Source of the DNA: Pelagomonas calceolata
Lineage: Eukaryota
Direction: 5' to 3'
Assembly (NCBI GenBank): GCA_918797485.1
Contig: CAKKNE010000002.1
Location: forward strand, 5,642,001-5,706,000
Length of the DNA: 64,000 nucleotides
Shown: piece by piece, positions 60,013-64,000 of the stretch
How positions within the stretch are numbered: position 1 is the stretch's first letter
Layout: the number at the start of each line of letters is the position of its first letter
Made by a program: the position numbers and the translations under genes
The notes under the pieces: model-generated
The model's input: only the letters and a program-made list of their open reading frames with translations
What the model was told of the DNA's origin: nothing
Databases searched by the model: none

Positions 60013-60816
60013 CTATTCACTTCTCTCCTCCTTGACCTCCTCCGCGTCCGCGTCGGGGGCGGCGGGGCCGTCCGCGTCGTAGCGCCGCGAGTACCGCGTG
60101 AACCGGGGGATCCAGGCGAAGATGGGCGACGGCGGCACGTTGCCCGGTGATTTCACGGGCGACGCCCTCCGCTGCAGGAACTCCTGGAAGCGGCCCGCGA
60201 AGCCGCGGCGCGGCGCGGACGCGGGCGGTGTCGCCGCGGGCGGCGTCGCCGCGGCGTCGGCCGCCGCGGCCTCGACCGACGCCGAAAGCACCGGCGCGGC
60301 CGCGGCAGGGTTCGGCGGCGCCTTGCGCACGGGTCGGGGGCGCGTCCGCCGCGCCTTCGGCCGCGCCAGCGGCGCCGGCACCGACGTCGACGTGACGTCG
60401 GCCGTGAACTCGGGCAGAGCATCGCCGCGGGCCGGCTCGGTCCAGCTCGCGGCCGTCCCGCTGCGCCGCGCCGCGGCCCGCCGCAGGAGCGACCGCGGCG
60501 TGTCGACGACGACGCTCCAGACGTTGCGCAGCGCGTCCGCGAGCGGCGACACGGGCGACCGCCGCACTTCGGGTGCGGGCGGCGGCAGCACCGGCTTCTG
60601 AATCGGCGGTGGGCGCACCGGCTTCCCGAGCGGTGCGCGGACGGGCGGCAGGGCGCGCGGCGCGCTCGGCGCGCTTGGCGCGTCGGGCGGCAGCGGCAGC
60701 GCGTCGGCCGGCGGGCGCGGCCGTGTGATCACCGGTTTAAGGTTGGGCTCAGCTTGTTTGTGGTCCGCGAGGTCGTCGCCCGCGTCGATCTTGAGACGCA
60801 CTTTGCGGCTCGCCAT
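60013..60816 (-). CDS. Proline-rich hypothetical protein
   Basis: ATG, coding-like bias, and a position divergent from the hemolysin III gene. Confidence 0.5.
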   Translation of the reverse strand: MASRKVRLKIDAGDDLADHKQAEPNLKPVITRPRPPADALPLPPDAPSAPSAPRALPPVRAPLGKPVRPPPIQKPVLPPPAPEVRRSPVSPLADALRNVWSVVVDTPRSLLRRAAARRSGTAASWTEPARGDALPEFTADVTSTSVPAPLARPKARRTRPRPVRKAPPNPAAAAPVLSASVEAAAADAAATPPAATPPASAPRRGFAGRFQEFLQRRASPVKSPGNVPPSPIFAWIPRFTRYSRRYDADGPAAPDADAEEVKEERSE

Positions 60817-61006
60817 GGTGTCAACGGCCGGGCAGCCCAGCCGCGCTGCCCCACGACCGTCGCGTGAGTGCGTTTTGGTACAGCGCTTTTACAAAACTTT
60901 GGGAGTCTCCAACTGAACTGTGAGTGCAAAAAAAGTCCCTCTTGGCCGGAGGACTCCCATTTGCACTTGGAAACATCTCCTTTGGTGTCCTCGATGAGTC
61001 TGGCTA

Positions 61007-61026
61007 CTAGCGTTTAAGCCCTCTAG
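61007..61026 (+). promoter_or_regulatory. CTAG-bipartite promoter motif (degenerate)
   Basis: CTAGCGTTTAAGCCCTCTAG, between divergent genes. Confidence 0.35.
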
Positions 61027-61145
61027 CTCTCCGAGGCGCGTTCGTCGTCACACGCGCGCTGCCATTCAAGCGGTGATACGCCTCGTAGTTAGCGTATTTA
61101 TACGCATTGCTGCGCATTTCACCGCAGGATTGCAGTCTGCGCTAA

Positions 61146-61274
61146 TACAGCAGAGTAGCTCACATTAGATTAGCTGGCCAGATCAAAGCCGCACAAGGCG
61201 CTTCGCTCAGCGGTACAGCAGAGTAGCTCACATTAGCTGCCAGGATCAAAGCCTGCCGCACAAGGGCGCCTCGC
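61146..61274. repeat. About 68-bp imperfect tandem duplication in the 5' leader
   Basis: TACAGCAGAGTAGCTCACATTAG...GCACAAGG at 61146 and 61214. Confidence 0.8.
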
Positions 61275-61275
61275 A

Positions 61276-62022
61276 ATGAAAAAGAGCGACGAAACGGCTT
61301 CAGCCAGCTACTGGCGCGAACAGATCCCCTGGTACCCGAGCACCGTCTTCGGCCCGTACCGCCTCCGCGGCTACTCGCGGCGCGAGCTGGTTGCTGATGG
61401 AGTTGTGCACGCGGCAGGCTGCGTGCTCGGATTAGCAGCTGCGGCACTCCTCATCCCCCGCGCCATCGCCGTGGCGACGCCCGCGCCGCTCGCGGCCGGC
61501 CTCGGTCTCTACGCGCTCTCGCTCGTTTGTATGCTGTTCTGCAGCGCGACGTTCAACATGATGGTCGCGACCTGGAAGAAGTCGACCTGGGAGCTCCAGC
61601 TGGCCGACCACCTCGGCATCCTCCTTCTCATAGCTGGCACGTACACGCCGTTCATGCTGCACGCTTGCAGCCCGCGCGTCCTCGCCTTCGTCTGGCTCGT
61701 CGGCCTCGTCTCCTTCGCCGCGAAGGCGTCCAAGTCGCCTCTCGACGTCGTCCAGCTCCACGTGCCGTGTTTTCTGGCGATGGGCTGGGCCTGCACGATG
61801 ACGTGGACGGCGGTGTCACAGACGATAACGCCCTGGGCGATTCGGCGCCTGGTCGTCGGCGGCTGCCTCTACACGGGAGGCCTCGTGCCCTGGGCCTGCA
61901 ACGGCCTCGAGTTCCACAACGCCATCTGGCACGTCTGCGTGCTGGCGGCGTCGGCCGTCTTCTACTCAGTCGTCTACCACGAGCTCGCGCTGCCGCCGGC
62001 GGCGTGTGCCGGGCTCCTGTGA
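61276..62022 (+). CDS. Hemolysin III/PAQR family membrane protein
   Basis: E..ADGVVH, DH.GI.LLIAGTYTPF, Y/L.MGW, GG.LYT.G and FHNAIWHV.VL. Confidence 0.85.
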   Translation: MKKSDETASASYWREQIPWYPSTVFGPYRLRGYSRRELVADGVVHAAGCVLGLAAAALLIPRAIAVATPAPLAAGLGLYALSLVCMLFCSATFNMMVATWKKSTWELQLADHLGILLLIAGTYTPFMLHACSPRVLAFVWLVGLVSFAAKASKSPLDVVQLHVPCFLAMGWACTMTWTAVSQTITPWAIRRLVVGGCLYTGGLVPWACNGLEFHNAIWHVCVLAASAVFYSVVYHELALPPAACAGLL

Positions 62023-62095
62023 ACATACGTCGCGTCGTCGTCGTCCGTCTCCTCCGTCCTGTGAACATTGAAGCTGTGTAAATATAACAAGACAA

Positions 62096-63028
62096 TTACG
62101 TAACAACCGCACGAGTGTTCGCCGGCGCGACGGGCAGCGCGCTCGCCTCGGCGACGGCGGCGGCCCAGAGCCGGTCGACCTGGCCGTCGGGGGCGTCGGC
62201 AAGCATCGCGGCGTAAGCCGCGCGGCCTGGTGCCAGCAGCGCCTCGACGCCGCAATCCAGGAGGCCGATGGCGTCGAGCGCGTCCGATAAGTCAGGGGCG
62301 ACGGCGTCGGCGAGGCCCCGAACGCCCTTCGCCCGGTCGCGTGGAGCAGGTGCGGGCGGCGGCTTGGGTGCGGCGGCTTCGAAGAGCACATCGGTCCGCA
62401 AGACCAACTTGGTGCCGGCGACGACAGGAGCACCGCTATGCCATAGGTCGTGCTCGAAGAGCACGACGCGGCCGCGGGCCGGCGCGACGGCGGCGAAGCG
62501 TTTCGCTTCCGTAGTGTCCTCGTAGAGCGTCGCGCCGCCCTCGAAGTTATCCGCATCGTTGAGATAGAGCAACACAGTAACAAGGGACCGGTGACGACCA
62601 CAGTCTGTTGGCACTTCGCGGTCAAAATGACTTTCGAAGCGGTCGCCGGGCCGGTAGCGGAGCAGCCTCAAACGCTCGTTGAGGCCAAAGGGTTCGCCTA
62701 GGCCGCGCGCCGCCGCCCACGCGGCCACCGCCGCGCCGCCGCCGCCGGCGAGCAGCGATTGCCACAGCCGCTCCGCGAAACCGGGATCGCGCCAGGCGGC
62801 CAGTTGGTAGCGGCGCGGGTTCTGTAGTGCCACGGCCGCGCCCGTCTTCGACGCCTCGTTGTCCGCGGCTTGCGTAATGTATTTCAGAGCGGGCGCGCCG
62901 CGCGCCACGAGCGCAGCGCAGTCGGCGGCGTCGACGACGCTATCTACATAGACGCACAAGCATTCATTCGTTGGCCGGCCGTCGCGATGAATGCGTGCTG
63001 GCAGGCTGACACTGTGGGCGGACTGCAT
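62096..63028 (-). CDS. 2OG-Fe(II) oxygenase (prolyl-4-hydroxylase-like)
   Basis: GLNERLRLLRY.PG..F..HFD, TVLLYLN...EGGAT and LFEH..WHSG..V..G.K.VLRTD. Confidence 0.85.
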   Translation of the reverse strand: MQSAHSVSLPARIHRDGRPTNECLCVYVDSVVDAADCAALVARGAPALKYITQAADNEASKTGAAVALQNPRRYQLAAWRDPGFAERLWQSLLAGGGGAAVAAWAAARGLGEPFGLNERLRLLRYRPGDRFESHFDREVPTDCGRHRSLVTVLLYLNDADNFEGGATLYEDTTEAKRFAAVAPARGRVVLFEHDLWHSGAPVVAGTKLVLRTDVLFEAAAPKPPPAPAPRDRAKGVRGLADAVAPDLSDALDAIGLLDCGVEALLAPGRAAYAAMLADAPDGQVDRLWAAAVAEASALPVAPANTRAVVT

Positions 63029-63158
63029 ACTCTGCGATTACGCAAGCAGTGATCTCAGGACTGCGTTCGCGTGATCGCATGCAGAAATGCTACCGCTGCG
63101 ACCTGTTGGCCGCCCTCCAACAGCAAGGTAGGGTGCATACGCAACTCGGCGTCGCTTG

Positions 63159-63178
63159 CTAGTGTGTCTTACCGCTAG
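63159..63178 (-). promoter_or_regulatory. CTAG-bipartite promoter motif
   Basis: Reverse complement CTAGCGGTAAGACACACTAG, 130 bp upstream of the ATG at 63028. Confidence 0.6.
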
Positions 63179-63250
63179 AATCGCTGTGGAAAGATCAGAG
63201 CCGAACTCAATTTATCAGGGGGGAACAGAGGGGAAGGTCGAGCCCTGGCT

Positions 63251-64000
63251 TCAGAGGACCTCTTGGTCGCCCTGATGGATGCGGCACCACTCCGTGAACA
63301 GGCGCAGGTACTCCTGGCGGAGCTGGACCGTTCGGCGGCGGAGCACCATCGGGTGCGAGCGCTGCTGGAGCGCGGCGCGCGCCGCGAGGGCCCGGCGGCG
63401 GCGGCGCTCCGCGGAGCGGCGCAGGCGCTCCGTGCGCGGCAGCCGGCGGTACGGCGTCTCCGGCTGCATGGCGGGCCCGGCGGGCCGTGGCCGCAACGTC
63501 GGCCCCGTCGTGCGCGGCGGCGGCGTCTGCGGAGCTTCCTCTGCGGCCGGTGGCTCGGCGCGCGGGCGGCGGCGCGGCGGCGGCGGCGGCGGTGGCGGTT
63601 CGGTCTCCTCCTCCTCGGGCGGGGCAAAGGGCGGCGGCGCGTCGTCGTCCTCCTCGGGCGGCGCGAACGGGGCCGGCGCCTCCTCCTCTTCGACCGGAGC
63701 GGGCGGCGCCGGCGGCGCCTCGTCTTCTTCGACGGGCGCCGGCCGGCGCGGCGCCTTGCGCTTCGCGCGCTTTCTGGGCGTGGGCGGCGGCGCGGTGTAG
63801 ATCTCCGGCGGCGGGCGGCGCGGCCGCGGCGGAGGTCGCGCCGCGTCTTCGACCGGCTGCGCGCGGGGCCGGCGGCGCGGCGTTTTCGGCGCCGGCGGTG
63901 CCTCCTCTTGAACCGGCGCGGGCGGCCGGCGGCGCGGCGGCGGCGGCGGCGCCTCCTCCTCTTCCACCGGTGGGGCGAAGGGCGGCGCCTCCTCGTCGTC
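63251..64000 (-). CDS. Partial Pro/Glu-rich protein (5' end outside the window)
   Basis: Open frame with PPFAPPEEE repeats, ending in LRQEYLRLFTEWCRIH...*. Confidence 0.55.
   Translation of the reverse strand, partial: DDEEAPPFAPPVEEEEAPPPPPRRRPPAPVQEEAPPAPKTPRRRPRAQPVEDAARPPPRPRRPPPEIYTAPPPTPRKRAKRKAPRRPAPVEEDEAPPAPPAPVEEEEAPAPFAPPEEDDDAPPPFAPPEEEETEPPPPPPPPRRRPRAEPPAAEEAPQTPPPRTTGPTLRPRPAGPAMQPETPYRRLPRTERLRRSAERRRRRALAARAALQQRSHPMVLRRRTVQLRQEYLRLFTEWCRIHQGDQEVL

Overview
Gene-dense, GC-rich eukaryotic nuclear DNA with spliceosomal introns, ATG starts and many divergent gene pairs. It most likely comes from a pelagophyte stramenopile (Pelagomonas/Aureococcus-like). That assignment is inferred from bipartite plastid-targeting leaders, TIR plus 8-bp-TSD introner introns, and DUF285 and TPR-like families. 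About 35 intact protein genes are present, including bioF, CtIP/SAE2, two anoctamins, cofilin, a UBR N-recognin, NASP, an SR-cyclophilin, CDC20, a UBE2W-like E2, MFSD5, a Pi transporter, a histidine acid phosphatase and WDR70. The main result is a hidden tRNA-Lys(CUU) gene at 48535-48687 that is circularly permuted (3' half before 5' half, break at 37/38) and also split by three non-canonical hairpin/BHB-type introns (9/10, 43/44, 63/64). Its five exons reassemble by hand into a canonical 73-nt cloverleaf. A second, unidentified structured RNA candidate may face it on the minus strand. Other signals: a ~21-bp CTAGCG-Nx-TAAGACACTAG element at most promoters, an introner family inserted in both orientations, and several ATG-less or internally deleted gene stumps. 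All calls were made by eye, without database searches.
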